From assembly GCA_024679065.1 (NCBI GenBank), contig JAGIQG010000018.1, positions 40,734,001 to 40,798,000 of the forward strand: a DNA stretch of 64,000 nucleotides, read 5' to 3'. Below the pieces are notes generated by a model. The model was given only the letters and a program-made list of their open reading frames with translations. It was not told the origin of the DNA and ran no database searches. Source of the stretch: Sphyrna mokarran (Eukaryota). Below are positions 50,510-63,840 of this stretch, in pieces (within the stretch, counting starts at the first letter, position 1; each line of letters begins with the position of its first letter). Both the position numbers and the translations under genes were made by a program.

Positions 50510-52880
50510 AAAGATATAGGAGCAGACTTAGGCCATTTGGTCCATCAAGTCTGCTCCACCATTCAGTCCTGGTTAATATCTTTCTTAAACCCATTTTCCT
50601 GCCTTTTCCATGAAACCTTTGATCCCCTTACCAATGAAGAACCTATCTACACTCAATGATCTGGCCCCCACAACCTTCTATGACAATGAATTCCATAGGT
50701 TCACCACCCTCTTGCTAAAAGAATTTCTTCTGATCTTGGTTCTAAAAGGTCACCTCTTTATTCTGAGGCTGTGCCCTTGGAGCCTAGTCTGTCCTAGTAA
50801 TGGAAACATTCCCTCTCCTCTCCTCTCCTCTCCTCTCCCTCCCCTCCCCCACCCACCCACCCACCCACCCACCCACCCACACCACCACCACCCACCCACC
50901 ACACCACCACCACCCACCCACTCCATTTTATCCATGCCTTTCAGTATTCTCTAAGTTTCAATGAAATCCTGCCCTCATCCTTCTAAAGTCCAACCTAGAG
51001 TCCTCAAATGCTCTTCATACATCAAGCCTTTCATTTCCTGGATCATTCTCGTGAACTTCCTCTAGCCTCTGTCCAAGACCAGCGTATCCTTCCTCCGATA
51101 CAGGGCCCAAAACTATTCACAATATTCCAAATGTGGTCTAACCAGAGCCTTATAAAATTTAATTAGTGCATCCCTGCTTTTATATTCTCGTCCTCTTGAA
51201 ATGAATGCTAACACAGCATTTACCTTGAGAACTACCAACTCAACAAGTGAATCCTGAACTAGGACTCCCAAGTTCCATTGCACTTCTGATTTCTGAATTT
51301 CTTCCCTGTTTAGAAAGTTGTCTATGCTTCTATTCCTACCAAAGTGCATAACGTCACACTTTTCCTCATTATATTCTATCTGCCATTACTTTGCCAACAC
51401 TCCTAACCTATCCAAGTCCTTCTGCAGCCTCCTTGCCTCTTCAGTACTACCTGTCCCTCCATCTATCTTTGTATCATCTGCGAACTTAGCCATACCGCTC
51501 TCAGTTTCTTATCTAGATCATTGGTGTCTCAAGTGAAAAGTTGTGCTCCCATCACTGACCTCTGCAGAACTCCACTAGTCACGAGCTACCATCCTTAAAG
51601 GACCCCTTTATCCCCACACTCTGCCTTCTGCCAGTCAGCCTATTTTTTTTATCCATGCTCATAACTGGCCCCGAACACCATGGGCTCTTGTCTTACTCAG
51701 CAGCCTCCTTTTATGGCACCTTGTTAAAGGCCTTCTGGAAATCCAAGTAGATAACATCCACTGGATTTCCTTTGTCTAACCCGCCTGTTACGTCGAAGAA
51801 TTCTGATAGATTTATCAGGTATGCCCTCCCCCCCCCCCAACTTTGCCCTATTTTAATGCTGACTTATTTCAATGTGACTTTGCCCTATTTTACCATGCTG
51901 TTCCAAGTATTCCAAAATCCCATCCTTAATAAAGGACTCTCAAATCTTAATAATGACTGATGTCAGGCTAACCAGCTTATAATTTCCTGAGGAACGGGAT
52001 GACTTCCCTCTTTAAACAGGTGTATTACATTAGTGATTTTCCAGCCTTCTGGGACCTTTCCTGACTCCAGTGATCCCTGAAAGATCACTATTAATGCCTT
52101 CACAATCTCCTCTGGTATGTAGTCCATTTGGTCCAGGTGATTTATCCACTTTCAGAACTTTCAGCTTTCTGAACATCATCTCCTTAGTAATGGTTACCAT
52201 ACTCTCTTCTGCCGCCTGACTCTTGAATTTTTGGTATGTTACTGGTGTCTTCCACAGGGAAGACTGACACAAAGTACCTATTTAGTTCCTCTGTTTCTTT
52301 GTTTCTCATTGCTACTTCCCCAGCGTCATTTTCCAGTGGTCCAGTGTCCACTCTTGCCTCTCTTTCATTCTTTATATATCTGAAAAAACTCTTGCAATCT
52401 TCTTTTATATTACTAACCAGCTTACCCATATATTTCATTTTCTCTTCCCTTCTTGCTTTTTTTAATCTATCCTCTGTTTGCTTTTAAAGGCGACCCAATC
52501 CCTTAGTTTCCTACTAATCTTCACATCGTATGCTTTATCTTTAACTTCTATGCTATCCCTTGACTTTCCTTGTTAGCCATGGCTGCCTCATTCTCCCCTT
52601 GGTATGTTCTTCTCGGGCTGAAATTTTGCTGTGTCTCCGAGATTACTCCCAGAAACACCCATCATTGCCTCTCCATTGTCTTTCTTACTGGACTCCTCTT
52701 CCAATCAACTCTTTGCTCCAATCAACCTTTTACTCAACTGTAACATGGTCACATCCGATTCCAGCTTCTCCCCCTCAAACTGCAGAGTGAATTCTATCAT
52801 GTTATGGTCAGTGCCTCTTAAGGGTTCCTTTATCTTAAGCTCTCTTATCAAGAGCGTCTCATTGCACATCACCAAATCTT
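50510..52880 (-). mobile_element. CR1 LINE, degenerate, with an embedded (CCTCT)n/(CCCA)n/(CCA)n microsatellite at 50812-50920
   Basis: ORFs 52184-52438 (NIKEDCKSFFRYIK...ELNRYFVSVF), 52030-52272 (LKVDKSPGPNGLH) and 51113-51349. Confidence 0.85.
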
Positions 52881-52971
52881 AAATATAATCCAGGTCCGAA
52901 TTTATTTGTTTCACAATGATTTTTCTTGTAGTATTTCTGTCAGATAACTTTCTTTCCTAATTAAATAATAG

Positions 52972-53119
52972 GCATCCACGGTTACCCTGATGGATCCCTT
53001 GCCAACTGCAGCAACACAGAAAGCCTGGGGAGTAACTGTCCGACCAGTTATTATAGGAAAAGATGACCCATGGGCGGAAGTAAGCAGTCCAGTAGCGTCG
53101 GATCCATGGCAATCTGTCG
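52972..53119 (+). CDS. EPN2: Epsin-2 exon, start of the DPW region
   Basis: aataatag|ASTVTLMDPLPTAATQKAWGVTVRPVIIGKDDPWAEVSSPVASDPWQSV G|gtaaga; 148 nt, phase 0 to 1. Confidence 0.85.
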
Positions 53120-53685
53120 GTAAGATTACTTATATGGTGAAAGTACTCCTTGCATTTGTGTGTTGTGATAATGTCGTGGAGTCCTTTGGAATTCAGTTTG
53201 CATAGTTTAAGTTTTCAGTACTAAATTTTGACTTTGTGTTATTACTTTTAATTTAGTATTTCAGATTTTCTCAGTGTGAGAAATAATGTTTATCAGAAGA
53301 TGCCAATTTAGACTTAAATTTACAGGTCCTGCCCACAGCAAGAACTATCAAAGGTGAGGGGGAAAATTTTGACGGGCCAGCAAAAGGTTCATTGATCTAG
53401 ATTGGGAATTTCCTGGTGGAACCTTAAATCCCTGCCATTAATAATGAACTGTAAAATTTTTCATCCTGAATTAAATACATTGAAACTGTTACTGATATCT
53501 AAATATCTTTTGAGGTATTGGGTGGCTAGAATGCAACTTAAGCATGAACTGTGAGCCAAATATGATTAATTTCTTTAGGCAGTGCCATCATATGTAAACT
53601 TAATAGTGAATTATTTAATAATTCATTACCGGACATTTTTTGAAATAATTACTTGAGTCTTATTTTTAGGTTGTAATCATCATAG

Positions 53686-55690
53686 ACAGCACGGTGGCAC
53701 AGTGGTTAGCACTGCTGCCTCACAGTGCTAGGGACCCAGATTCGATTCCCGGCTTGGGTGATGGTTTGGAGTTTGTATATTCTCTCTATGTCTGCGTGGA
53801 TTTCCTCCAGTCTTTGGTTTAGAACATAGAACATTACAGCACAGAACAGGCCCTTCGGCCTTCGATGTTGTGCCGACCAAAATAAAAAGCAATGCCCCTC
53901 CAAACTAAACCATTCCCTTCTCTTCCATATACTTATCAATTAACCTCTTAAACGCCACCAAACTTGGCGCATCTACAACAGCTGCAGGCAGGGCATTCCA
54001 CTCCCTAATCACTCTTTGAGTAAAGAACCTACCTCTGATATCCGTCCTATAACTCATACCCCTTAATTTAAAGCTGTGTCCCCTCGTGCTAGCTTTCTCC
54101 ATCCTAGGAAAAAGGCTATCACTGTCCACCCTATCTAAACCTCTAATCATCTTATATGCTTCAATAAGATCCCCTCTTAGCCGCCTCCTTTCTAACGAAA
54201 ACAACCTCAAATCCTTCAACCTCTCTTCATAGGACCTGCCCTCCATACCAGGCAACATCCTGGTAAACCTCCTCTGTACCCTCTCCAATGCCTCCACATC
54301 TTTCTTATAATGTGGGGACCAGAACTGCACACAATACTCCAAGTGCGGCCGCACTAGAGTTTTGTACAGTTGCAACATGATGCTGCGGCTCCTAAATTCA
54401 ATCCCCCTACCAATAAAAGCTAAGACTCCATATGCCTTCTTAACAACTTTATCCACTTGACTGCCTACTTTCAGGGATCTATTGACACATACACCAAGAT
54501 CCTTCTGTTCCTCAACACTATTAAGAGCCCTACCATTAGCCCTATACTCTACACATTTATTGTTCCTGCCAAAGTGCATTACCTCACACTTTTCCACATT
54601 AAACTCCATTTGCCACCTCTCGGCCCAGCTCTGCAACTTGTCCAAGTCACTCTGTAAACTATAACACCCCTCTTCACTATCTACCACTCCACCAACTTTA
54701 GTGTCATCTGCAAATTTACTGATCCATCCCTCAATACCCTCATCCAGATCATTTATAAAAATTACAAACAGCAGGGGCCCCAAAACAGACCCCTGAGGCA
54801 CACCACTCGTCACCGAACTCCACGATGAATATCTCCCATCAACCACCACCCTCTGTCTTCTATCTGCCAGCCAATTCCTAATCCAATTAGCTAAATCACC
54901 CTCTATTCCACACATCTGCATTTTCTGTAGAAGTCTTCCATGGGCCACCTTATCAAACGCCTTACTAAAGTCCATATATACTACATCAACCGCCTTACCC
55001 CCATCCACCTCTTTGGTCACTTTCTCAAAAAACTCAATGAGGTTAGTAAGGCATGACCTACCCTTCACGAAACCATGCTGACTATCCACAATCAATTCAT
55101 TTCTCTCTAAATAACTATAAATCCTATCCCTAATAATTCTCTCCAATACCTTGCCCACAACAGAAGTAAGACTCACTGGCCTATAATTCCCTGGAAGGTC
55201 TCTCTTCCCCTTCTTAAACAATGGGACCACATTCGCTATCCTCCAGTCCTCCGGAACCACACCCGTAACCAACGAGGACCTGAAGATCAGAGCCAGAGGC
55301 TCTGCAATCTCCTCTCTTGCCTCCCAGAGAATCCTAGGGTAAATCCCGTCCGGCCCAGGGGACTTATCCAACTTCAAACCTTCGAGAATTTCTAGCACAT
55401 CCTCCCTATCTACTACAATACTTCCCAATTTGCAACCCTGTACCTCAGTGTTCTCCATAGCTACATTTCCAGCACTCTGCGTGAATAACTACACGTAACT
55501 CCTTCCACAGTCTAAAGATGTGTGGGTTAGGTAGATTGGTCATGCTAAATAGCCCCTTCATGTTAGGGGGACTAGCTAAAGTTAATGCATGGGGTTATGG
55601 GGATAATGGTGATAGGACCTGGGTGGGATTGTGGTTGTGTAGACTCAATAGTCTAATGGCATCGTTCTGCACTGTAGGATTCTATGATCC
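53686..55690 (+). mobile_element. V-SINE split by a young CR1 insertion
   Basis: Head 'cagcacggtggcacagtggttagcactgctgcctcacag' to 'ggttt' (53820), resuming 'ccttccacagtctaaagatg' at 55501. Confidence 0.85.
53821..55487 (-). mobile_element. Young 5'-truncated CR1 LINE with an uninterrupted RT-domain ORF (53905-55458, 517 aa)
   Basis: KSPGPDGI, NYRPVSLTS, DFSKAFDKV, SGVPQGSVLGPLLF, KFADD, HLEYCVQFWSP; no stops or frameshifts; endonuclease absent; tail 'taatgttctatgttct'. Confidence 0.95.
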
Positions 55691-55874
55691 TTCGATCCTT
55701 CTTTTCTTCTAGTTGTCTGGCCAGGAAATGGCATTAACCATCTGTTGTAGGTAACCCAAATTCATACTGTTACTGAATGGAAATTAGAGCCACATGTGAT
55801 TATCTCATTCTTACAAAATTTGCATTAAGATAGTTTTCAGGTACTCACAAGGTTTTTGTCTTATTTGGTTGTAG

Positions 55875-56039
55875 ATACCAAGCCAGCTACTGTTGTTGAT
55901 CCTTGGGGAACTTCTTTATCTGCCACGCAAACTGTTCCTAAAAGTGTGGATCCATGGACCTCTTCACAGACCACTTCTACTGCTCTGAAGCCTTCAACTG
56001 ATCCATGGGGACCAGGTCCTTCAGCTGATTCTGTTCCTG
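55875..56039 (+). CDS. EPN2: Epsin-2 exon, three DPW motifs
   Basis: gttgtag|(D)TKPATVVDPWGTSLSATQTVPKSVDPWTSSQTTSTALKPSTDPWGPGPSADSVP G|gtaagt; 165 nt, phase 1 to 1. Confidence 0.93.
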
Positions 56040-56179
56040 GTAAGTCTATTGAATTCTGTGAAGGTGAATGAATCTGTTGTTTTCCAGTTTGCCATCTATT
56101 GTCAACATTATGTACACCAAGCACAGGCGTAGTATGAAAATTATGCATAGCAAAGTCCTGAAGTTGCTTCACATAATCT

Positions 56180-56840
56180 TTAAGCTCATGCCAATTATGA
56201 TGCCCCACTAATCTAAAAGAAATCTTCTGCCCTCACTCAGTCTGTGTTACTGTATTCCTTCCCTATTCATGTGCCCATCCACATGCTTCTTAAAGATTGC
56301 TAATATGCCTGCTGCCCTCACCCCCTTGGCAGTGCATTCCAGGCATCCACCACCCTTTGTGTGATAAACTTCCCCCGCATATCTTCCTTAAACATTCTCC
56401 CTCACCTTCAACTTGTGTCCTCTTATATATGACACCTCCAGCCTGGGAAAAGCCTCTAACTATCCACCTTTCTATACCTTTCATAATTTTGTATATCTCT
56501 ATCAGAGCTCCTATCAGTCTTCGTCTTTCCAGTGAAAGCAATCCTAGTTTATTCAACCCCTCGTCATAGTCAACACCCTCAAGACTAGGTAACATCTTTG
56601 TGAACCTTTTTTTTCCCCTCTCCAGAGCTTCCATGACCTTCTGGAAGTGTGGCGACCAGAATGCACACATTCTAAATGTGACCTAACCAAGGTTTTATAT
56701 AGTTTCAACATGATTTGCCAACTCTTGTCCTCAATGCCAAGGTTAATGAAGGCAAGCATGTCATATGCTACCTTCGTCTCGGCCACCTGTGTCGTCACTT
56801 TTAGGGAACTGTGGACCTGCACACACAGATTCCTCTACGT
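56180..56840 (-). mobile_element. CR1 LINE 3' fragment
   Basis: ORFs 56290-56670 and 56553-56822 are ORF2 C-terminal pieces. Confidence 0.85.
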
Positions 56841-57009
56841 TAATGTTTAATCTTTTGAATTAGAATTATCCATCTGAATGAAACTTGATATTGTTTTGGT
56901 GCTGAATTCTGAGCCCATTGGACATACAGATGATACAGTCTTAAATTGTTTGTTTCTGCTATCTGCATATCATTGCATCTGTCTAAGTAAAATTTGTCCG
57001 AGTCCATGA

Positions 57010-57340
57010 ATAGGGATAATGTTGAACTAATAATCCAGAGGACAAATAATGCTCTGGGGGCACGGCTTGAGTTTAATAAACTTGGAATATAAAGTTTGTC
57101 TTGGTAATGGTGATCATTGCAACTCTCATCGATTGCTGTAAAAACCTACCTGGTTCACTAATACCTTTTTAGGGAAGGAAATCAACCATCCTTATCCAGT
57201 TTGGCCTACATAAAATTCTAGATCCATAGCATTGTGGTTGACTCCTAACTGCAATTGCCTAGCAAGCCATTAGTTCAAAAGTAATTAGGGAGCGGTAACT
57301 GACCTCGCCAGTGAATGCTAAATCGCTTGAAAGAATATTT
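57010..57340 (+). mobile_element. Deu-domain-type SINE
   Basis: Shared core with 3770-4020 and 21200-21560. Confidence 0.6.
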
Positions 57341-57422
57341 TTAAAAATGGGATCCCTTTCATTATAGCCCATTCTGGCAAATTGAAAGGATTTCAACTTT
57401 TTACAAAATCTTGATTTATTAT

Positions 57423-57720
57423 GGGCAGCATGGTGGCGCAGTGGTTAGCACCGCTGCCTTACAATGCAGGAATCTGGGTTCAATTCCTGGCTTAGGTCAC
57501 AATCTGTGTGGAGTCTGCATATTCTTCTCGTGTCTGTGTGGGTTTCACCTGGGTGCTCCTGTTTTCTCCCAAGTTTGAAATACGTACTGGGTAGATGCCT
57601 TTGCTATGTTAAATTCTCTGTATATCCAAACAGGTGCCGGACTGTAGCAACTATGGGATTTTCACAGTAACTTCATTGCAACGTTAATGTAAGCCTACTT
57701 ACAACATTAATAAATAAAAT
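57423..57720 (+). mobile_element. V-SINE
   Basis: Clear A-box 'tggcgcagtgg', B-box 'ggttcaattcc', V-domain and tail. Confidence 0.85.
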
Positions 57721-57969
57721 TTATCTGCTTAATATTACCAAATTTTCAAAAAAAATGCTAAAATTGAAAACTGCGAACATGTTTTTTTTAAAAAGTCAAA
57801 CCAGCTGTAGATTTATTTGTAAGGACACGGTTTATTGGCAACCATTACAATGAACATATTTCAATTTGATCCTAGCTGCACACATTGATCCACCTGAAGA
57901 GAACAGTCAAGTTGCATGAATTTAAAAGGCTTTTTGAATGATGAAAAATTGAAGTACAGGTATTCTGAT

Positions 57970-58590
57970 ATTGCTGAACCCCCTCCCACCACTAACACTG
58001 TGGGACATTAAGAAGCAATTTAACATGGCTGATCCACCTAATCTGCACATCTTGGACTGTGGGAGGAAACTGGAGCACCTGACAGAAACCCATACAGACA
58101 TGGGGAGAACATACAAATGCTACACAGACAGTCACCCAAAGTCAAAGTCAAAATCAAACCCGGGTCCCTGGTGTTGTGAGGTAGCCATGCTAGCTACTCT
58201 ACTGCTTCCATTTAAGGAAGCCATAGATATTTGCACTGCAGCACCATATCATAGAATCTCTCCAGTGCAGAAGAAACCATTCAGTCCATTGAGTCTATAC
58301 TGACTGTCTGACTGAGAATCTTACTCAGACTTCCTTCTCAACCCTATCACTGTAAACCCACACATTTACCAATCCATCTTGATCTACGTATCTTTGGGAC
58401 ACTATGGGACAACTTAGCATGGTTAATCAACCTAACCCCCACATCTTTGGGAAGAAACGAGCACCTGGAGGAAACCCACGCAAACACGAGGAAAATGTGC
58501 AAACTCCGCACAGACAGTGACCCCAAGCCAGGAATTGAACCCAGGTCTCTGGAGCTGTGAAGCAGCAGTGCTAACCACTATGCTACCTGT
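57970..58590 (-). mobile_element. Two tandem minus-strand V-SINEs (~57970-58200 and ~58250-58590)
   Basis: Reverse V-domains 'gggaggaaactggagcacc' and 'gaggaaacccacgcaaacacg'; reverse tRNA heads. Confidence 0.8.
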
Positions 58591-59580
58591 CTTTGATGAG
58601 ATGGCAGCTAATCTTCTACCCCTTGCATATTTCCGGTATATGGATGATAGCTCTGCTGCATTTCAATCTGCAGCTGTATATAATTTTCTTACATTTCAAA
58701 TTAGCTCCCTTCTGCGCTGAATTCACATTTGAAATGAAGCAATCAACTGACCTCCTTTTCCTTGACGTACTAGTTCAGAAATCCGATGGGGTGCTCTACT
58801 ATGACTATGCATGTTGGGATTTTTATAGTGTCATGTGCTATAACATTGGTCTTATTGGCAGCCATTTGCTCACCATGCAGTATTAGAGATGTCCTATGGG
58901 ATAATGGATATCCCGATCAGATCATTTTGTGCTCTATATCAAGCAAATTCATGAACAGATCTTAAGTCATTGCTTTTGATCCCTAAAATTGCCCAGTCTA
59001 TCTCAGATTATCTTGGGAAGACAAGGTATCTCAAAAATTTGAACAATGGGTGAAACATCTAGCTGTTTCACATTTCTATTATGTAGTAGCAACACCAGTA
59101 TTTGCCACTAGCAGAATCGTGCTGTCAAGCCAAAAGGACATTCTACTTATCTCTCAAATCAGAGGCAGCACAGTGGCACTTTGGTTAGCACTGTTGCCTC
59201 AGCGCTAGGGACCCAAGTTTGATTCCTGGCTTGCCTGTGTGGAATTTGTACATTCTCCCTGTGTCTACAAATAAGACGAACTTGTACACACGTTGCATAT
59301 GTTTCAGTTAAACAAAATAAATGATAACCAGTTCATTCCCCAGGACAATGCCTTGATCAATCAATCAAGAATGCCTGGCTTAAATTCCAAACAGTGCTTT
59401 GCTGTTATCATCAACTAGTGTGTTCTCAATGACTTCACCTCTACTAATCAGAGTCCACTTGCCAACCAACCAGCAATCTCTTCTCGTGCAGTACAAATTA
59501 TTTTCCTCTTTTATTGCTTTCTTGTGGTGTCTTTGAGCTCAAGACAAAAAGTTTCAACATGTCCTTTTTCAGAAATACTC
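58590..59580 (+). mobile_element. Penelope-like element relic (RT and 3' end) with a SINE fragment at ~59163-59270
   Basis: YFRYMDDS (RT catalytic motif) and FTFEMKQSTDLLFLDVLV, typical of Penelope/Poseidon RT; 3' part homologous to 23870-24040. Confidence 0.75.
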
Positions 59581-60112
59581 TGTACTACCAAATGACTCAT
59601 AAACATTCAGATAGATATAACAAGAATATTTAGCAAATATTGTGTCCGATCTTATTTACAAAGATATCAGTGATGCCGAAGGACAGTAAATCTTTTATTG
59701 TATCTGTTTTAAATGGATTGCCTGGTGTTCTACAAGGCGAAATAGTTTTAAGATTATAGGATTTAGCTTGCAAGGTTATTAATTAAGCATGGAATTTGAA
59801 AGCAAATCCTCTGTGTTATTCTTGTTTGGCTGTTTGATAATTGATAACCAAACTTTGCAGTGCACTTTTGTCAAGTACACTGCACTTTTAAATGAAAGCA
59901 TGCTTTTTAAAAAAAAATAAAGATTTGGGAGATATATATCTTGGATATGTTTGTCTTTGACTCATAATCTAATTCTCAGAATTGAACTGTGTAATTTGTT
60001 AATCATGATCTAAACACCAATAAGCTGGCTTAAGATCACAACTGACTTAAATGAATTGCAGTTTGAAATAAATCTTAAATTACAATCTACTTCTCTAACA
60101 CTCCCACTGCAG

Positions 60113-60208
60113 GCAGTACAGCTTTTGACCCATTCAGCACACTAAATGGTGCAGCAAAAGATGACTTTGCTGATTTTGAAGATCTCCGAGCTTCATCAAA
60201 AAGAATAG
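60113..60208 (+). CDS. EPN2: Epsin-2 exon
   Basis: cactgcag|(G)STAFDPFSTLNGAAKDDFADFEDLRASSKRI G|gtaatg; matches the EPN2 NGTIKDDFSEFDNLR segment; 96 nt, phase 1 to 1. Confidence 0.93.
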
Positions 60209-61039
60209 GTAATGAAATGTTTGTTTTGTTTACTTGTGCTTCTGATGCCATTTTCCCTCTTAATCCTGTTAATTTCTTGTTTCAGCATGTAGCCACATAA
60301 CCCAGACGGTAGTCACTGCAATGACCTCTAGAATGTTTAGTCCCATAAAGTAGTTCAGTTATTAGAGACAGTTCACTTATGGAGACAGTATCTCAAATAT
60401 GCCATTTCCAATATGTTTTCTTCAAGAATATGCTGTTGCTTGTTGATTTCAACATACAATTGTGCTTCATATAATTTCGTGGTAAACCTTTGAATATGGA
60501 TTTTAATTCTCTAAATGAAATCTGCACAGATTTGTAGCTACAGAATTCGTGTATTTATGCCCTTTGTTCGAGAGTTAACTGATATTCAACAACTTGCTAT
60601 TGAACATTCATTTTACGTTCATTACTGATCAGCTATCATTTCTGGGGCTATAATTTATTCATACTTAAAATTATCAAAACAAAAATGGAATTATCAATTT
60701 CCAAAAGTCACAATCCCAGGATTACAGTGCAGCCTTAAAATCCATACCACATTTTAAACAGAATGAGTATTTCTTTTTAATTAACTTTTTAAAAATCTAT
60801 GTTCCTTAATTAAATTTAATGTGGGTAAAAGGATACTTATAGTATTTTCTTATGACGTGGCATACAATAATCCAATTGGCCTTTCATCATTTATACTAAG
60901 TTCTTAAAATTTTTGGAAGATGAGGGATCACATTTTAACCTAAAGTTATCTTCATATCTTTAGAACCCGACTCATCTATCAACTCAGTAAAATGGAAACT
61001 ATGTTCCTTTTGTATAAGGCACACACGCTCATCAAGTTA

Positions 61040-61350
61040 ACAGGAAATCTATTCATTCATGAAATGTGGGAATAACTAGTTAAGCCAGCATTTATTGCCT
61101 ATTCCTAATTGCCCTTGAACTGAATGTCTTGCTGCTATTTCAGAAGATATTTTAAGATTACCACTGATCTGGAATCACGTAGACCAGACTGAGTAAGGAC
61201 AGGAAATGTGTTTTTACAACTACTGCTTCATGGCTTTCTTTTAACATTGAACAAATTCAAATTTTACCATCTGCCATGCTGAGATTCAAATCCAGCATGA
61301 AGATCTCTGGATTATATTAGTCCAGTGACAATGTCACATTACTGCATCTC
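61040..61350 (-). mobile_element. Deu-domain-type SINE (degenerate)
   Basis: Reverse tail 'gccagcatttattgcctattcctaattgcccttgaac' and reverse tRNA head. Confidence 0.55.
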
Positions 61351-61529
61351 AGCTCTGCACCCCCGCCAGCTTCTCATAGTGCTCTCTTTTGAAATTTCTT
61401 TTAGTTTGATAGTTTCATGGAATTTGTAAGTCTGCATAATGATTATTAATCTTTTTTATTGCAATGAGTTTTATATCCTTTTTTAAAAAGTGCAGAATAT
61501 ATTGGAGTGACACAGAGGCACAGTAGTTA

Positions 61530-61855
61530 CAGGCAGCACAGTGGTTAGCACACTGCTGCCTCACAATGCCAGGGACCTGGGTTCAATTCCTGGCTTGGGT
61601 CACAATGTGTGGAGTTTAAACATTCTCTCCATGTCTGCATGGGTTTTTTTCTGGGTGCTGCGGTTTCCTCTCACACTAGAAAGATGTGTGGGTTAGATGG
61701 ATTGGCCATACTAAATTGCCCATTAGTGTCAGGGAACTAGCTAGGGTAAATGCATGGGATTATGGCGAGAGGGCCTGGGTGTGATTGTGTGGTCGGTGCT
61801 GACTCAATGGGCCGAATGGCCGCCTCCTGCACTGTAGCATTCCATGAATTTCTAT
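61530..61855 (+). mobile_element. V-SINE
   Basis: Head with 'ggttcaattcc' B-box, V-domain and CR1-like tail. Confidence 0.85.
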
Positions 61856-62278
61856 GGTTCAGGTAGCTAGCAGGAATGCAGTGGTGCTGGAAAGATTTCC
61901 AACAATAATTGATGTCTCTATGTTTACACGGTCAATGGTAGCTATCAATAAATAAAAGTTAAATATGAAAGCTGTGGGGATGTTGGGCAGAATTTTGATT
62001 TTCATGGTTAAATGTAATGATACTGTAGTTGTGCATGTGGTGTTTGGCAGCACTGTTAACATCTGCAGAGAACCATTACCAGTATAGTAAGAATGCAGTA
62101 TTGCATTGCAGTTAAAAGTTTAATTTGGTTACTTTGCAAAGAAATATTAGGGACCAATGGATATAAAAATGTCAATTTAAAATATTACCTTCGTAGCATT
62201 TGAAAGTTTTGCACTTGCATTATAGAATTAGCTCAAAAGATTTTTAATTTTGAATTGTGGTTTTACTTTTTACTTCAG

Positions 62279-62497
62279 GTGAAACTGATATGTTGGGAGG
62301 AAATTCTAAACCCAGTGGTTCAACTAGTCCAGATTTATTTGATGCTCAACTGACCAGTTCAGCACCATCAAAGCAGACTGCTGCTCGAAAAACACCAGAG
62401 TCCTTTCTGGGTCCTAATGCAGCATTGGTAAATTTGGATTCTCTAGTATCCAAGCCTGTGCAACCTTCCAGTATATCTAATCCTTTCCTGGCTTCAG
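62279..62497 (+). CDS. EPN2: Epsin-2 exon with clathrin box (LVNLD) and first NPF
   Basis: tacttcag|(G)ETDMLGG...ARKTPESFLGPNAALVNLDSLVSKPVQPSSISNPFLAS G|gtatgt; 219 nt, phase 1 to 1. The terminal exon is not in the window. Confidence 0.95.
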
Positions 62498-62999
62498 GTA
62501 TGTATTTAGGAAATGTTTTCCTTGTAAATTGAACTGGGCTTCCCACCCTGAAGGGTAGTGGTGATGCTCTGTAAAGCAAAACTCTTAAGATTTTGGTAAT
62601 AGAAGTTTTTCCATCAGCTGTTTCTGTCTCTATCATTCCTTTCTGTATTGACTCTCGCCTGCCTCCATCATCTCTTTTCACAGCGATTCTCTTTGAATTC
62701 ATTGAGATTATTTTATGTCAGAACTTGAATCTTTTGGTTTCTTTTGATGTGGAATTTATTGAAATAGTTTGAGACTTTGATACTAGCATTCAACTATATT
62801 TCAGTAAAGTGGATAATTCTAAATCTACTTAAAAGTAATTAGGTTACACATTTACCCATGCCATACACTAGTTTAATTAATGCTTATTTTCCACCACATT
62901 TGAAAGATGGTTTCAACTGCAATGCTTGTCATACAACAGCTCTGGTATTTTTGTAAGTGTTGCAGTTATCATGGTTCCTTCCAAATCAAAAGAGCATTA

Positions 63000-63840
63000 T
63001 TTTGTAATCCCTAATATCACGGATGCCAATCTTTAGCCATTCTAATTGACCCCACATGTTATCAAGAAGTGGTTGACAGCCATTCAGCATCATTCATGAC
63101 TCAGATACTGAAGCATCTGTCTCTATGTGCAACAAGACCTGGTCAACATTCAGGTTTTGGCTGATAAATGACAAATAACATGGCATCACAAGTGCCAGAA
63201 AATGACCATCTTCAGCAAGAGAGAATCCAACCATCTCCCCCGACTTTGAATAGCATTGTCATTGCTGTATCCCTCTCTGTGGGTTACCGTTGACCAGAAA
63301 CAGAACTGGGCCAGCCGTATAAATACTGTGATCACAAGAGCAAGTCAGACACTTGGGGAATTCTGTGTCATGTAATTCAATCCTTGCTTCCCCAAAGCCT
63401 TTTCACCATCTACAAGGCTACAACAGCATTCAAGAAGCTTGATCCCAGCCAAGACAAATCAGTCTGCTTGATTAGCATCCATCCACCATCTGTGCACATT
63501 GTCAGCATTGTGCGCCAGATGCAATGCAACAACTCACCAAAGCTCCTTCAAAAGCACCATTCAGATCTGCGACTACTACTTGAAAGGAGAACAGAAGCAG
63601 ATGCATGGGAACGCCATCACTTGCAAGTTCCCACACTTTCCTAAATTGGTGCTATATTGGTGTTCTTTCATTGTAGGTCAACATTTTGGACTCCCTTTCT
63701 ATAATAGCGTTATGGAAATTTCTCCACCACATGATCTTCTTGATCAAGAAGACAGTTCAACAGCACGTTCTTGAGGGCAGTTGGGAATGGCTATAATGCT
63801 GGCTTAGCCAATGATATACACACACCCTGCTGAAGAATAT
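63000..63840 (+). mobile_element. CR1/L2-clade LINE fragment (second family)
   Basis: Homologous to 44085-44895. Confidence 0.7.

Noticed and set aside
57423-57495. tRNA-like sequences with A and B boxes
   Set aside because: These are SINE heads followed by V-domains, not cloverleaf tRNA genes.
60111-60116. Alternative acceptor CAGGCAG
   Set aside because: The second AG is 4 nt downstream and would shift the frame; it is not a NAGNAG.
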